Assembly: GCA_035340095.1 (NCBI GenBank)
Contig: DAORGN010000001.1
Span: forward strand, 2,218 to 66,217
Length of the DNA stretch: 64,000 bases
Reading direction: 5' to 3'
DNA from: Pseudomonadota bacterium
GTDB lineage: Bacteria; Myxococcota_A; Polyangia; Palsa-1104; JAEUJZ01
Shown here: positions 17,163 to 27,514 of the stretch, piece after piece
How the letters are laid out: each line of letters opens with the position of its first letter
How positions within the stretch are numbered: the first letter of the stretch is position 1
The notes under the pieces: model-generated
Told to the model about the DNA's origin: nothing
What the model saw: the letters and a program-made list of their open reading frames with translations, nothing else
The model's database searches: none
Position numbers and translations under genes: made by a program

Positions 17163-18947
17163 GTGGACGCCATTGTTTTGCGCCGGGAATTGGCCTGTGC
17201 GACGGCACCGAGCGCGCTTTTTGCCGTTCTTGCCGACACGGATAGGCTGTATCGCACGCTCGGTCAAGTGGCAGTAAGCCGAGAGCCGCTTTCTGGGGAA
17301 GGTTCGGCGCGGTTCCTTTTGCGAGCTCGTGGCGAGGCAAAAGCGATCCCGTTTACCGAAATCCCACCGCAGTGGAGTCATCCGTCGCTGCTAGTGACAA
17401 AACGGGTGCTGCATCAGGGTTTTTTGGCCAGCCTGGCGACGCGATTTACGCTTACGCCGCGCATGCAGGGCACGCAGCTCCTCATTGAAATGCAGGTCGA
17501 GCCGCGGCTTGTGCAGCTTGGCTGGCTGGTGAAGCTGTTCGCGCAGGCGACGCTGTGGCACTTGAGTCGGACGATCCTGCGGATCGACGACGGAATTCCA
17601 CGCGGCGAGCCGACGCAGTTTCGTCCGGCGCAGCTTGCTGTCGAACCGCTTCGGCAAGCGCAGCAGCAAACCAAAACGCAGCTTCCGCCTGAAGAACAGA
17701 GCCAGGTCGACAGTCTGGTCGCACATCTTTTGCGCACCGACGATCTGGATGTCGATTGCCTGCGACTTGGCGGCGTAAGCGAAGCGCTCGGAGTGCCGGA
17801 ATCGACGGCGCTGCGGCTGCTTTTGCTCGCGGCTTCTGCTCAGCTTGTGCAGTTTGGTTTCGACGTGTTGTGTCCTTCGTGTCGCAATCCTGCGGCACAG
17901 GTCGATCACCTGACCGATCTGACCGACGAGGCATTTTGTACGCTTTGTGAGCTGCGGATTCCCGTCGAATTCGCGAGCAATGTTGAAGTGACATTTCGGC
18001 CTGCATCGTCGCTGCGCAAGGTTTCACGGCCACTTTATTCAAGCGTCAATCCGGCGACGGCGCAGCATGTGATCACGCAGCTGGTGTTGCCGGGGACGAC
18101 CAAGCTGACGATGACGGTGCCAAACGAACCGGGCGAGTTTCGACTTTGGGCGCGGGGCGGGGCAACGGGAACGCTCCGGGTGACGACGCTTGGACCGAGC
18201 CAGGCATCGGTGACCGTGGGTGACACGATGGTTCCCGCCGAGGTCGAAGTCGCGATGGGCGGCACGCTGGAAATTGACCACCAGACCGGGCAGGCCAGAC
18301 ACTTTAAGCTGGAGCGACCCGATTGGAAGCAGCAGCGACTCGACGGACATCAGCTTACGCTGCATCCGCTGTTTCGACGTCTGTTCCCACATGAACTGCC
18401 GAAGCCATCTGTGCAGCTCGCCGTACCGACGGTGGCGCTTTGGCGTTGTCGTTTTGCTTCGCTCGGCGAGCTGTGTGCTGCGCTCGGTGACAGCGGTGCG
18501 TTTCGGCAGCTACAAGACTGTCAACAAGCGATGCGAAAAGCCGTCGATGAAGCCGCAGGTGCAGTGCTGCGCAGCGATAGTGATGGACTGACGGTTGCGT
18601 TTGCAAGTGGTGCCGTCGCGCTGCGCTGTGCGATTGCGGTCGAGCGAGCGCTGCGGACGCTGCGGGCAGACAATCCGTTTGCGCATCTGCTTTTGCTCAA
18701 GTTCGGTCTGTACCATGGTCCCGCGACGGTGGTTGGCGTCGACAAGCGGCTTGACTACTTTGGTCAAACGGTGGCGGTTTGTGACCGGATGGTGAGCGAG
18801 GCTCATCCGGGCGACATCTTGGTTCCCGCCGAGCTGCTGTCCGATGTGTCGGGGATGGAAGGCATCAAAGCCGGACCGATCTTTTCCCTGACCGGGCGCG
18901 GGCTTTCGTCTCCCGTGGCGGTGTCGCGTCTTACCGTTGAGTCTTAG
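17163..18947 (+). CDS. Multidomain protein: SRPBCC-like N-terminus, Cys4 middle domain, C-terminal class III nucleotidyl cyclase-like domain (apparently degenerate)
   Basis: The C-terminal roughly 170 aa aligns by eye to the CYCc fold (…GDSGAF…, …SDSDGLTVAF…, …KFGLYHGPATVVG…DYFGQTVAVCDRM…PGDILV…). The first metal-binding FxD position reads WRCRF. The middle domain has CPSC…CTLC. Confidence 0.6.
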   Translation: MDAIVLRRELACATAPSALFAVLADTDRLYRTLGQVAVSREPLSGEGSARFLLRARGEAKAIPFTEIPPQWSHPSLLVTKRVLHQGFLASLATRFTLTPRMQGTQLLIEMQVEPRLVQLGWLVKLFAQATLWHLSRTILRIDDGIPRGEPTQFRPAQLAVEPLRQAQQQTKTQLPPEEQSQVDSLVAHLLRTDDLDVDCLRLGGVSEALGVPESTALRLLLLAASAQLVQFGFDVLCPSCRNPAAQVDHLTDLTDEAFCTLCELRIPVEFASNVEVTFRPASSLRKVSRPLYSSVNPATAQHVITQLVLPGTTKLTMTVPNEPGEFRLWARGGATGTLRVTTLGPSQASVTVGDTMVPAEVEVAMGGTLEIDHQTGQARHFKLERPDWKQQRLDGHQLTLHPLFRRLFPHELPKPSVQLAVPTVALWRCRFASLGELCAALGDSGAFRQLQDCQQAMRKAVDEAAGAVLRSDSDGLTVAFASGAVALRCAIAVERALRTLRADNPFAHLLLLKFGLYHGPATVVGVDKRLDYFGQTVAVCDRMVSEAHPGDILVPAELLSDVSGMEGIKAGPIFSLTGRGLSSPVAVSRLTVES

Positions 18948-19914
18948 GCGGAGTCTTTTCACTGCCGATGCAAAGCACGACGCGGCCACGCGGGCGGCCT
19001 TCTTCGACGTGACGATGCGCTGCGGCAGCTTCAGCGAGTGGAAACACCCGATCGATGATCGGACGCAGCTTGCTTTGATCGGCAAGCTCGGCCAAAAGTT
19101 CCAGATCGGCGCGTCGCGGCTGGGCGAGCGGCGGCGGGACAGTCTGCGGACCGCCAAAAAAACGACTCGTCACGCTGTCGAGCAGCGTGCGCAAAGACGG
19201 AACAATCGGAATAAAGCGCCCTTTGGGCCGCAGCATCTTGCGACAGCGATCGAGCGTAAGCTGTCCCGACGTATCCAGGACGACATCAAAGGTTCCGGTC
19301 AGCGTCGCCAAGTCTTCTTTTTCAAAGTCGATGACTTCATCCGCACCAAGAGATGCGACCAATTCGCTGCTATCGCCGGAACAAACGCCTGTGACGACGG
19401 CTCCAAGCGCTTTGCCAAGCTGGACCGCCAGACTGCCGATGCCACCCGCGGCACCATTTACCAACAGCGCTTGTCCACCTTGCAGTCGCCCGCGATCACG
19501 AATCGCTTGCAGCGCCACTGTCCCCGATAACGGCAGTGCTGCCGCGGCTTCAAACGACAGCTTCATTGGTTTGCGCGTCACCGCATCGGCAGGCAGCGTC
19601 ACAAATTCGGCATAGGTGCCGGGATTTTGTAACGCCCGCAGCCCAATCACTTCGGTGCCGACGGTCAGTTTGCTGACGCCTTCCCCAATCGCTGCGATGA
19701 TGCCGCAGACATCGTGACCAAGGATCTCGGGTCGGCCCCCAGGAATGAGCCGGCTCACCTGACCAGCGCGCTCTTGACAGTCGAGCGGACTGACCGTCGT
19801 GGCGCGCATCTCGACAAGCACCATACCGCGACCCGGCGTCGGACGAGGCCGCTCCAAAAAGCGCAGCACTTCGGGCGGTCCGACAGAAGGCAGCACCACC
19901 GCATGCATGTTCAT
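18931..19914 (-). CDS. NADPH:quinone oxidoreductase / zinc-type alcohol dehydrogenase-like (MDR superfamily)
   Basis: …PEVLRFLERPRPTPGRGMVLVEMRATTVSPLD… together with the Rossmann motif …LVNGAAGGIGSLAVQLGKALGA…. The 3' end overlaps the convergent gene by 17 nt. Confidence 0.8.
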   Translation of the reverse strand: MNMHAVVLPSVGPPEVLRFLERPRPTPGRGMVLVEMRATTVSPLDCQERAGQVSRLIPGGRPEILGHDVCGIIAAIGEGVSKLTVGTEVIGLRALQNPGTYAEFVTLPADAVTRKPMKLSFEAAAALPLSGTVALQAIRDRGRLQGGQALLVNGAAGGIGSLAVQLGKALGAVVTGVCSGDSSELVASLGADEVIDFEKEDLATLTGTFDVVLDTSGQLTLDRCRKMLRPKGRFIPIVPSLRTLLDSVTSRFFGGPQTVPPPLAQPRRADLELLAELADQSKLRPIIDRVFPLAEAAAAHRHVEEGRPRGRVVLCIGSEKTPPKTQR

Positions 19915-19965
19915 CGGGGGCTCCTTGGTTCGATGTCGATTCCGCGGGTTCGCATACCAGAGTTC

Positions 19966-20778
19966 CTAACGGGGCGAATCGTCCTTGCGCAGCGCCCACA
20001 GCACTTTGCGATAGACCTCTTCGCTCATCACCAGCGACGAATGACCAAGCGGCACCGTCACACCATGCGCACCTTCAAGCTGTGTCGCGGACGGTGGACA
20101 AAGCCAGTCGCGCTCTGCCGCAATCGTGAAAAATTCGACTTCATTTGGCAGCGGCCCGGCATGTAACTCCTCCAGGAAGTCACTGCCGGGAAGTAGCTGC
20201 CAGCTCGACGCCGACAAAAGACCCATCGTCGCAACCCCGAGTGCTGCCACCCAGGTTCCTCGCGCAGGGGTTCCAAGCATCACAATCCGCCGAACCTGTT
20301 CTTTGCCGCCGAGTCGCTTGATGTAATAAAGACCAATCAGTCCGCCCATCGAGTGAGCCACGATGTCGATGCGACGGATGCCGGTCTGTTCGCAGATCGT
20401 CTGCACCTTGCGATGGATCAAAAGCGCCGATGTGCGAATGTCGCGGACGTTGAGCATCCCAAGGTTAAATGAAAAGACGTGGAAACCGTCGCGGAGCAGC
20501 CGCTGCTCCAGCACAAACATCGACCCGCGCGTCCCCAAAAAACCGTGGATCAGCAGCACGGGGGGATGATTGGGCGAAAGCTGGTCGGGAAAGCGGCGCT
20601 GCGTCATTTCGTTGCCGCGTACCAAGTGACGCAGATACGAAAAGGCATGCTGGCCACCGATGAGATCCTGTTTGAGGTTGTCTCCATCCAGTCGACGGAC
20701 TTTGCGGTGGTCCGTAACCATCCGACGGACGCGCGACAGAAGACCCCTTTCCCCATCCTTGCGATTTGATTCGTCCAT
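19966..20778 (-). CDS. Alpha/beta hydrolase (lipase/esterase-like)
   Basis: …PVLLIHGFLG… and the nucleophile elbow …IVAHSMGGLIG…. Confidence 0.75.
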   Translation of the reverse strand: MDESNRKDGERGLLSRVRRMVTDHRKVRRLDGDNLKQDLIGGQHAFSYLRHLVRGNEMTQRRFPDQLSPNHPPVLLIHGFLGTRGSMFVLEQRLLRDGFHVFSFNLGMLNVRDIRTSALLIHRKVQTICEQTGIRRIDIVAHSMGGLIGLYYIKRLGGKEQVRRIVMLGTPARGTWVAALGVATMGLLSASSWQLLPGSDFLEELHAGPLPNEVEFFTIAAERDWLCPPSATQLEGAHGVTVPLGHSSLVMSEEVYRKVLWALRKDDSPR

Positions 20779-21137
20779 CCCTTGTCTACCGAGCGTCGAT
20801 TCGGAAGCAGCCAGTCTTTTTAGTATCGCCCAATGTCGCTACGTTCGCGTAGCTGGCTCGCAAAAGCGCGAACTTACAGCAAACTGCGGCGCGGTCTAGG
20901 GCCAAAGCGGCAGGTCGGAAACGAACAATGCCGCCGCAATTCTTTGCAAAGCTACTTTCCACCGCCGGGTTATAACACCGGGCGACGGCTGCTGGCCAAA
21001 TCGGTGCTCCGCAATTGATCGCTTTACGACCAAGTTTCGACTTGAGTCGGTGATTCGCTGCGATATCCGCTGCTTGCGTGGTCTTGTGTGCAGGGCTAGC
21101 TTTGAATTGGACCGACCAATAAACCAGTGAGGCTATC

Positions 21138-23165
21138 ATGAGCGCACTCTCGCAGAATCCAGATTCCAGCCACGATGAGTTGGTTGCGCTGCGGGTGGAC
21201 AGGCCAACCTACCCGAAGACCTTTCTTCGCAGCGATGAGCGTCAATCGGCCTTGGCATTGGCGCGGGCGATCATGCCGGAAGCGGGTGGGCTGCCAGAAG
21301 CGGGGAGCGCGACCGTGCTGCGCGCCGAAAACTGGCTGGCTGACGTACCGATGGCCGGGGATGGCTATCGGGCTCTGCTGCGTGGTTTCGATTTGTATGT
21401 TCGCGCGGCGACGGGAAAGTATCTGCAATCGGTCGATCCTGAACGCCTGCGAGAGCTGTGTCGTCGTTTTGCCGAAGGCGACATTGGGCGACGCTATTTT
21501 TTGTACACGCTGACGGCACCGCTCAAGGGCGCGTACTTCGACGATCCGGCGATCTATCGTCATTTTGGCATTCCATATCGCGGCGCACCGTCAGCGATAC
21601 CGCAGACACTTGTGCCAAAAGAACTGCCGCGCTGGGCGCATGAGCGGACTCAGTCTGCGTGCGAAGTCTCCGATGGCGAGGTGATCGACTGTGACGTGGT
21701 GGTGATTGGTTCAGGCGCAGGTGGTGCCGTCGCTGCATATGAACTAGCCAAAGCGGGTCGCGCGGTCGTTCTCCTCGAAGAAGGTCAGTACTTCGGTCGT
21801 CGCGACTTTGCCCATAGCGCTTTCCATCTGCAAAAGCATCTCTACCGCGAGCTGGGCGTCACGATGGCGGTCGGCAACACGTTTATCCCGATACCAGTCG
21901 GTCGCACCGTCGGTGGCAGTACCACTGTCAACTCCGGTACTTGTTACCGCATGCCGTCCAGGGTGTTTGCCGATTGGCACAATCACCACGGCCTGACCGA
22001 GCTATCTCCCGACAGCATGGACCCCTTTTATGGGGCGGTGGAAGATGTGCTTGGGGTAAAGCAAGCGCCGCGCTCGCTTTTGCAAGGCAATCAGCCCATT
22101 GCCGACGGCTGTGACAAGCTGGGTATCAGCCATCACGGACCGCTTGCGCGCAATGCTCCCGATTGTGATGGGCAAGGACTCTGCTGTTTTGGTTGTCCGA
22201 CGGATGCCAAGCGGTCGACCAATGTTTCGTTCGTCCCGATGGCGCTGCAAGCCGGGGCGCAGCTTCTGACTTCCGCGCATGTCGATCGCGTGATCATCGA
22301 ACACGGTCGTGCCGTTGGTGTATCGGTGGTGTCGACGCAGCCGGCGGGGTCTGGTGGGCGTCCGAGACGCTTTTCGGTGCGGGCGTCAGCCGTCGTCGTT
22401 GCGGCGGGATCGCTTATGACCCCGGTGCTACTGCTGTCTGATCCCGTGACGCGGCGAGCGCTCGGGCGCTCAGGGGCGCTCGGCAATCACATGACGATTC
22501 ATCCAGCGATTGGTCTGCGGGCGGTGATGCCGACGAAACTAAACAGCCACATCGGTGTGCCCCAAGGCTACGCAGTCGAAGAATTCCACGATGAAGGCAT
22601 CTTGATGGAAAGCGCCTTTTTGCCGCTTGAGCTGACCGCTGCGTCGATCACCTTGGTTGGCAAGCCGCTCATGGAGCTGATGGGTGCTTATGATCGGCAT
22701 AGCTGCTTCGGTTTCCTGGTCGAAGACAAAGGCCAAGGCAGTGTCAGACCCGGCCCTGGCGGGCGACCGCTGATTCACTACAATCTGGCGGACCGCGATG
22801 TGGCTAGACTTCAGCGTGGTGCGTCACTGGTTGCGCGGATGTTTTTGGCTGCCGGTGCAGAGCGCGTCTTGACCGGCATCTCGGCGCTACCCATGCTTTC
22901 GTCTCACGATGAAGTGGATCGACTCTCGGGGCTTCGGCTGCGTCCGCGCGACTTCGAGCTGACTGCTTATCATCCGCTTGGCACTGCACGAATGGGTCAC
23001 TCGCCACAAAACAGCGTCGTCGACACCGACCTGCAATCCCACGATGTTCCGGGACTTTACATCTGTGACGGGAGCGTGATCCCAACTTCTCCCGCAGTCA
23101 ATCCACAGGTGACGATCATGGCGCTGGCGATGCGGGCGGCGCGGCGACTGGCGGAACGGCTGTAG
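21138..23165 (+). CDS. GMC-family FAD-dependent oxidoreductase with a roughly 170-aa N-terminal extension
   Basis: FAD-binding motif …VVVIGSGAGGAVAAYELAKAGRAVVLLEEG… and the GMC C-terminal signature …GLYICDGSVIPTSPAVNPQVTIMALA…. Confidence 0.85.
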   Translation: MSALSQNPDSSHDELVALRVDRPTYPKTFLRSDERQSALALARAIMPEAGGLPEAGSATVLRAENWLADVPMAGDGYRALLRGFDLYVRAATGKYLQSVDPERLRELCRRFAEGDIGRRYFLYTLTAPLKGAYFDDPAIYRHFGIPYRGAPSAIPQTLVPKELPRWAHERTQSACEVSDGEVIDCDVVVIGSGAGGAVAAYELAKAGRAVVLLEEGQYFGRRDFAHSAFHLQKHLYRELGVTMAVGNTFIPIPVGRTVGGSTTVNSGTCYRMPSRVFADWHNHHGLTELSPDSMDPFYGAVEDVLGVKQAPRSLLQGNQPIADGCDKLGISHHGPLARNAPDCDGQGLCCFGCPTDAKRSTNVSFVPMALQAGAQLLTSAHVDRVIIEHGRAVGVSVVSTQPAGSGGRPRRFSVRASAVVVAAGSLMTPVLLLSDPVTRRALGRSGALGNHMTIHPAIGLRAVMPTKLNSHIGVPQGYAVEEFHDEGILMESAFLPLELTAASITLVGKPLMELMGAYDRHSCFGFLVEDKGQGSVRPGPGGRPLIHYNLADRDVARLQRGASLVARMFLAAGAERVLTGISALPMLSSHDEVDRLSGLRLRPRDFELTAYHPLGTARMGHSPQNSVVDTDLQSHDVPGLYICDGSVIPTSPAVNPQVTIMALAMRAARRLAERL

Positions 23166-23727
23166 CTTTTGCTTCGGCAGCACGTCGCGCGTGCGCCGAT
23201 TCTGCGACTTCGCCCAGCTTCTTGAGTCCCCGCTCGAAGTCGCCGCCGACCATCTTGTCCATGTTCATAAACACGGTCATCGCCTTCATCATGAAGTTTG
23301 CTTTACCGCTCATGCTCCAGGTGACTTTGGTCTTGTCGCCGTCGGGAGTGAAGGCAAACCGCGTGTCATTGGTCCCCGGCCACGGCTTGATAAATTCCAG
23401 CTTGATAGAAAGCTGCGACGGCGGATTTGCATCGACGATGGTCATCCGACCTGATCCGACTTTGTCGTTGCCTTCCCAAAAGTAGCTGGCACCTGGGCGA
23501 TTGTTTTCGCCTTCGTAGACCTTCTTCATCGACGGATCGAGCGCATCCCACGGGGACCAAGCATTCCAATTGTGGAAATCACCAACCTGCGTGTAGATCA
23601 CGTCGGCAGGTGCAGAAATGCTGGCGCTGCGCTCGACGTGAAATGCATCCGGGCGACTCGCGACAAAAGCAGACAACGCAGCAACGGTTAGACCGAGCGC
23701 AACAGCAACATGTTTGAGCGTGAACAT
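23116..23727 (-). CDS. SRPBCC-family protein (membrane-anchored or secreted) with Ala/Pro-rich tail
   Basis: N-terminal hydrophobic segment, then …ISAPADVIYTQVGDFHNWNAWSPW…, typical of polyketide-cyclase/SRPBCC proteins. The 3' end overlaps the GMC gene by 50 nt. Confidence 0.7.
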   Translation of the reverse strand: MFTLKHVAVALGLTVAALSAFVASRPDAFHVERSASISAPADVIYTQVGDFHNWNAWSPWDALDPSMKKVYEGENNRPGASYFWEGNDKVGSGRMTIVDANPPSQLSIKLEFIKPWPGTNDTRFAFTPDGDKTKVTWSMSGKANFMMKAMTVFMNMDKMVGGDFERGLKKLGEVAESAHARRAAEAKATAVPPVAAPPASPAP

Positions 23728-23799
23728 GACGGACCTCCGGGTGAAAAAGAGGCCCGACCATACTCGCGCCGCACAGTCAGCGCAAAGGGGGAAGCTTGG

Positions 23800-25614
23800 T
23801 TAAAACCAGACTTTGTAGCCAAGTGCCGTGCAGCGACCGCGGACAAATTCCTTCGATGCAGGATCGAGGTGCGGCACGACGTATTCAAGGATGTCGCGGC
23901 TCTGCAAGTGACACGCGGAAACGCCAGCAATGCGCCAGGCGAGTGGACTGCGAATCGGCACCGATGTTGAGGTATGCGCCAGCGCAACCGCTTTGGTAAA
24001 TTCCCCGTGCTGGTGGGCGATCTGCGCATCGCGTAGATAGCGATCAATTTCAGCGAAGTTGTTGCGCTGCTTGTCGTATTCGCCCGCGTTGCCAAGCGGT
24101 TTGCCGTCTTGATCTCGCAGCGGTGGATAACCGGCCAGCTTTTTAGCCCCTGGCGGCTGTCCCGTGATGAGCGCACAGGGCCGCCATCGCGCCGTCAGTG
24201 CATCCACATGATCGGGCGCTACCTCGAGAATCTTGGCGACATGCGGTTCGATCTTGTCGCACCGACCCAGCGAGCGTTCGGCTTCCGCTTGTTGCAGGTG
24301 ATACGCAACGACAAGCTGCTGAAGAAGATCGTAATGCTGCTGCGCAGTGATGCGGAAGCTGGTGCGCGGTGGCAGCTCGCGGTTGCGGCTCAGCGCTCCG
24401 TCGTAGTCTTTGCTGGCGAGCGCTTGCATGATCTGCTGCACTTCACTCGACAGCTTTTTCCCGCGCTCAACCCGCTGCTTGATGTTTTCCGCAGCGGTAG
24501 AAACGTAAGGTGGCTGACCTGGCACCGACTGGGCTTGCGTTGCCAGTCGAACGGCATCTTCCCACCGTTCTTCCATCAGCGCTTCATCGGCCATCACCAG
24601 CATCTGTCCGACTTGGCCTGATCGTTTCTTGCCCTGCAGCTCCCGCACGAGCAGTGGCATGACAAAAAGACCCGCCATGCCTGCCCCAGCAAGTCCAAAC
24701 AGCAGGCTGCGCTTCCACGAAAATGGCGGTGCTGCCGGCGGCGGATCGAGTGCCCGCAGAAAGTCGAGCATCGTCGGGAAACGATCCTCTTTCTTCTTCG
24801 ACAGCGCTCGCTTGATTGCTGCGGCTACATGCGGCGGCACGGTCACTTCAAGCTGCTCGATCGGCGTCGGTGATTCGTTGATGACCTGCTTAAACAGGTC
24901 GATCACGTTTTCGTGATCAAACGGCAGCTTGCCCGACAGCATTCGATACAGGATGACTGCCACCGACCATTGATCGGACCGACCGTCGATCTGCGAGTTT
25001 TGCCCCATCGCGCCTTCGGGCGCCATGTAGCGCGGCGTACCGAGCACGAGCAGGTCTTTGGTGGCTTTGTCCGCCGGACGCGGCACTTTCGATACGCCGA
25101 AGTCGATGACTTTGGCGGTCTGGATCACTTCGCCGTGTTCTTCGTGATGCGACAGGAAGATGTTGCGTGGCTTGAGATCCCGGTGAATGATCCCGCGCTC
25201 GTGGGCAGCATGCAGTGCCGACGAGATTTGCCGGGTGATCTGGAGCGCTTCTTCCAGGGGAATTTTGCCCGTGCGTTCGATCCGGTCTTGCAGGTCTTCG
25301 CCCTCGAGCAATTCCATGACGATGAACGCCATGCCCGATCGGTCACGATCGAGGTCGCTGACCTGCACGATGTTCGGGTGACGCAACCCAGCGATGATTC
25401 GTGCTTCGTCTTGGAACCGCTCGCTTAGGTCGCCCTGCATCGCCGCGCGCTGGTGCAGCACTTTGATGGCGCAGACACCGCCTGTACGGACGTGGCGAGC
25501 CCGAAACACCGCACCCATGCCACCTGTCACCAGGAGTTGCTCGAGCCGGTAGGTCCCATTGAGTACCTGTCCGACGAGCTTCTCGGCTTCCTTCTGTTCT
25601 TGGGACACGGACAT
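23800..25614 (-). CDS. Hanks-type serine/threonine protein kinase with TM segment and C-terminal repeat domain
   Basis: …GGMGAVFRARH…AIKVL…, …HRDLKPRNIFL…, …DFGVSK…, …GTPRYMAPEG…. A hydrophobic segment LLFGLAGAGMAGLFVMPLLV is followed by a helical C-terminal domain. Confidence 0.92.
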   Translation of the reverse strand: MSVSQEQKEAEKLVGQVLNGTYRLEQLLVTGGMGAVFRARHVRTGGVCAIKVLHQRAAMQGDLSERFQDEARIIAGLRHPNIVQVSDLDRDRSGMAFIVMELLEGEDLQDRIERTGKIPLEEALQITRQISSALHAAHERGIIHRDLKPRNIFLSHHEEHGEVIQTAKVIDFGVSKVPRPADKATKDLLVLGTPRYMAPEGAMGQNSQIDGRSDQWSVAVILYRMLSGKLPFDHENVIDLFKQVINESPTPIEQLEVTVPPHVAAAIKRALSKKKEDRFPTMLDFLRALDPPPAAPPFSWKRSLLFGLAGAGMAGLFVMPLLVRELQGKKRSGQVGQMLVMADEALMEERWEDAVRLATQAQSVPGQPPYVSTAAENIKQRVERGKKLSSEVQQIMQALASKDYDGALSRNRELPPRTSFRITAQQHYDLLQQLVVAYHLQQAEAERSLGRCDKIEPHVAKILEVAPDHVDALTARWRPCALITGQPPGAKKLAGYPPLRDQDGKPLGNAGEYDKQRNNFAEIDRYLRDAQIAHQHGEFTKAVALAHTSTSVPIRSPLAWRIAGVSACHLQSRDILEYVVPHLDPASKEFVRGRCTALGYKVWF

Positions 25615-25673
25615 CGCCTATCCGAAGTCTCGCTGACTTTACTTAGGTCTAGAGGCTATCAAAGTCGCCCACC

Positions 25674-26117
25674 TCACGAAAGGCTTTCGCGCAGATGGAT
25701 GTTTAGACGCTTCTGGATGTAGGCAACTGCCTCTTGTCGGGTCTCGACATGGCGCAGCTCAATATGGAGCTGATGGATGATCTGTCCGGCTCGCAGTGCC
25801 AAAGTCTGCGTCACTTTTGCTAACAGGCTCGCGCCATAGACCACAATCGGCATGTAGTTGAGCCCTCGATTCACTGCCTGCACGTAGAAGTTGCGAACTT
25901 CGGCGCTCAGTGGGGCAAGCTCGCGACCATCGACGATTAGCGCGACTTTTCCCGTCCGCTCTTGATACGCGAGGAGTCTTTTGACCAGCTCCTCTGCGTG
26001 GGGCAGTGCGACGACACCGTGCGGTTGCCACTCGCAGTGGCGCTCGTATTCCGCGAAGCGGTGGGGACCGATGGAGACCCAAGCCGTGCTTGCATCTCTT
26101 GGTCGAGTATCGTCCAT
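25674..26117 (-). CDS. Hypothetical protein (147 aa; possibly STAS/SpoIIAA-like fold)
   Basis: Clean ORF immediately upstream of the kinase on the same strand. The fold suggestion is only my impression from the sequence pattern. Confidence 0.45.
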   Translation of the reverse strand: MDDTRPRDASTAWVSIGPHRFAEYERHCEWQPHGVVALPHAEELVKRLLAYQERTGKVALIVDGRELAPLSAEVRNFYVQAVNRGLNYMPIVVYGASLLAKVTQTLALRAGQIIHQLHIELRHVETRQEAVAYIQKRLNIHLRESLS

Positions 26118-26159
26118 AGCACTTCGATCGTATCAGCGATTCCAGGTATGCGGCTAGGC

Positions 26160-27461
26160 TCAGTCGCCGCTCCATTCCGGTGCATTGTCGTCTCTCGGAG
26201 GGGGACGGCGGCTTGGCACGAGCCATACGACGACAAGTGCGCTCAGCGGCAGGACGGCCAGATACGGCATTGTGTTTGTCCAGCCTTGCGCATCAGCCAG
26301 CATCGACATAAGCGGCGGTGACGCGATAAATCCGATCCTGCCGAGCAAACTGTTCGACCACGCCATGGCGTCGCCACGTTGTGCCGTGGGAAATAGCTCT
26401 GTCGTGAACGCCGTCGCGATGATGAGTCCGCCGCTCGCGCCACTTGTCAAACATGCCAGTGCCAGACGCAGAAGTGGCCCTGCTGGCAATAGGTACGATC
26501 CTAGAATCCCCAGCGTCCACAGGCCGTACACGATCAATGCGCCGCGTCGCTTTCCCACCCGATTGAGCAGCGGTCCGACAAAGCCCGACATTGGAATGGC
26601 AACCAGCGCAGCGAGCCCGAGATACGTTCCCGCTACCGCTGCCGACAGCGACAGGTCTGCAACGGCATGCTCTTTCCAAAACGTGATGGTGCTCTGGTTT
26701 GCCGCATAGGTAAGAAGCCACAGGAAAGAGCACAGCAGCAGGTTGCGTCGATGCTGGACCGTCCACATCGCAGTAAGAGATGGTGTGACTCGACTTGTCA
26801 GACGGGCAAAGCTCGGTGTCTCGTGCAGATGCAAATAACCCCACGGCACCGTCAGCAGCATCACCGCCCCCAGCAAATACACACTGCGCCAGCCTGGACC
26901 TGTGCCCATCAGCTTGGGGGCCAGGAGGGCGCAGACGACACCTCCGAACGCGCCGGTTGCAACCAGCAGGCTCAGAGCGCTCCGGACTTTGCGTGCCGGT
27001 AGACTTTCAGAGATGTAAAGAGAGGCTGCCCCGAGGGCACTGACCAAAAAGATCCGCGCCGCGAACTGCGTCAGAAGAAACAACGCAGCCGACGGGGCGA
27101 GCGCAGACGTCAGCGAAAGCAGCGAATACCCCAGGACGGAAGACAGCAGGATGCTGCGTCGACCGACTGAATCGGCGCGGCGCAAAAGAAAGTAACCGAG
27201 CAGGGTGCCACTGTTGGCGAGGCCGACAAGCTGTCCCCCTTCGCTTACCGACAGTGCGAAGCTTTTACGCAGTTCGGGCAGCGTCTGCGAAAGTGCGACC
27301 ACATCAAAGCCATCCCACAGCGACACCATCAGCAGAAAGACCAGCATCGGCATCGGCAGTCGATCGATTTGGTGGGGCGCTTGGCTTGTCTCGTTGACTC
27401 CCTTGGTCGGTGTAGGCTGCACAGCCCTTTCAGCATAACGAGCCAGTGCGGAGCCTGTCAT
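26160..27461 (-). CDS. MFS transporter
   Basis: About 12 predicted hydrophobic helices, with an …RRADSVGRR… motif between TM2 and TM3. The start is uncertain. The listed 27506 start would leave only 8 bp to the divergent gene, so I prefer the internal MTGSALARY start. Confidence 0.8.
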   Translation of the reverse strand: MTGSALARYAERAVQPTPTKGVNETSQAPHQIDRLPMPMLVFLLMVSLWDGFDVVALSQTLPELRKSFALSVSEGGQLVGLANSGTLLGYFLLRRADSVGRRSILLSSVLGYSLLSLTSALAPSAALFLLTQFAARIFLVSALGAASLYISESLPARKVRSALSLLVATGAFGGVVCALLAPKLMGTGPGWRSVYLLGAVMLLTVPWGYLHLHETPSFARLTSRVTPSLTAMWTVQHRRNLLLCSFLWLLTYAANQSTITFWKEHAVADLSLSAAVAGTYLGLAALVAIPMSGFVGPLLNRVGKRRGALIVYGLWTLGILGSYLLPAGPLLRLALACLTSGASGGLIIATAFTTELFPTAQRGDAMAWSNSLLGRIGFIASPPLMSMLADAQGWTNTMPYLAVLPLSALVVVWLVPSRRPPPRDDNAPEWSGD

Positions 27462-27514
27462 TGTGGGCGTTTTGTTCGCGAGTCGTACTTTCGCAGGACG
27501 CCCCATGGCGCATA

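Noticed and set aside
20779-21137. 117-aa ORF (20786..21139, minus) and a possible RNA gene in the 359-bp gap between the lipase-like and GMC genes
   Set aside because: The ORF has no motif and an odd composition. I found no tRNA-like T-arm or acceptor pattern and only weak hairpins. The region is best explained as a divergent promoter region.
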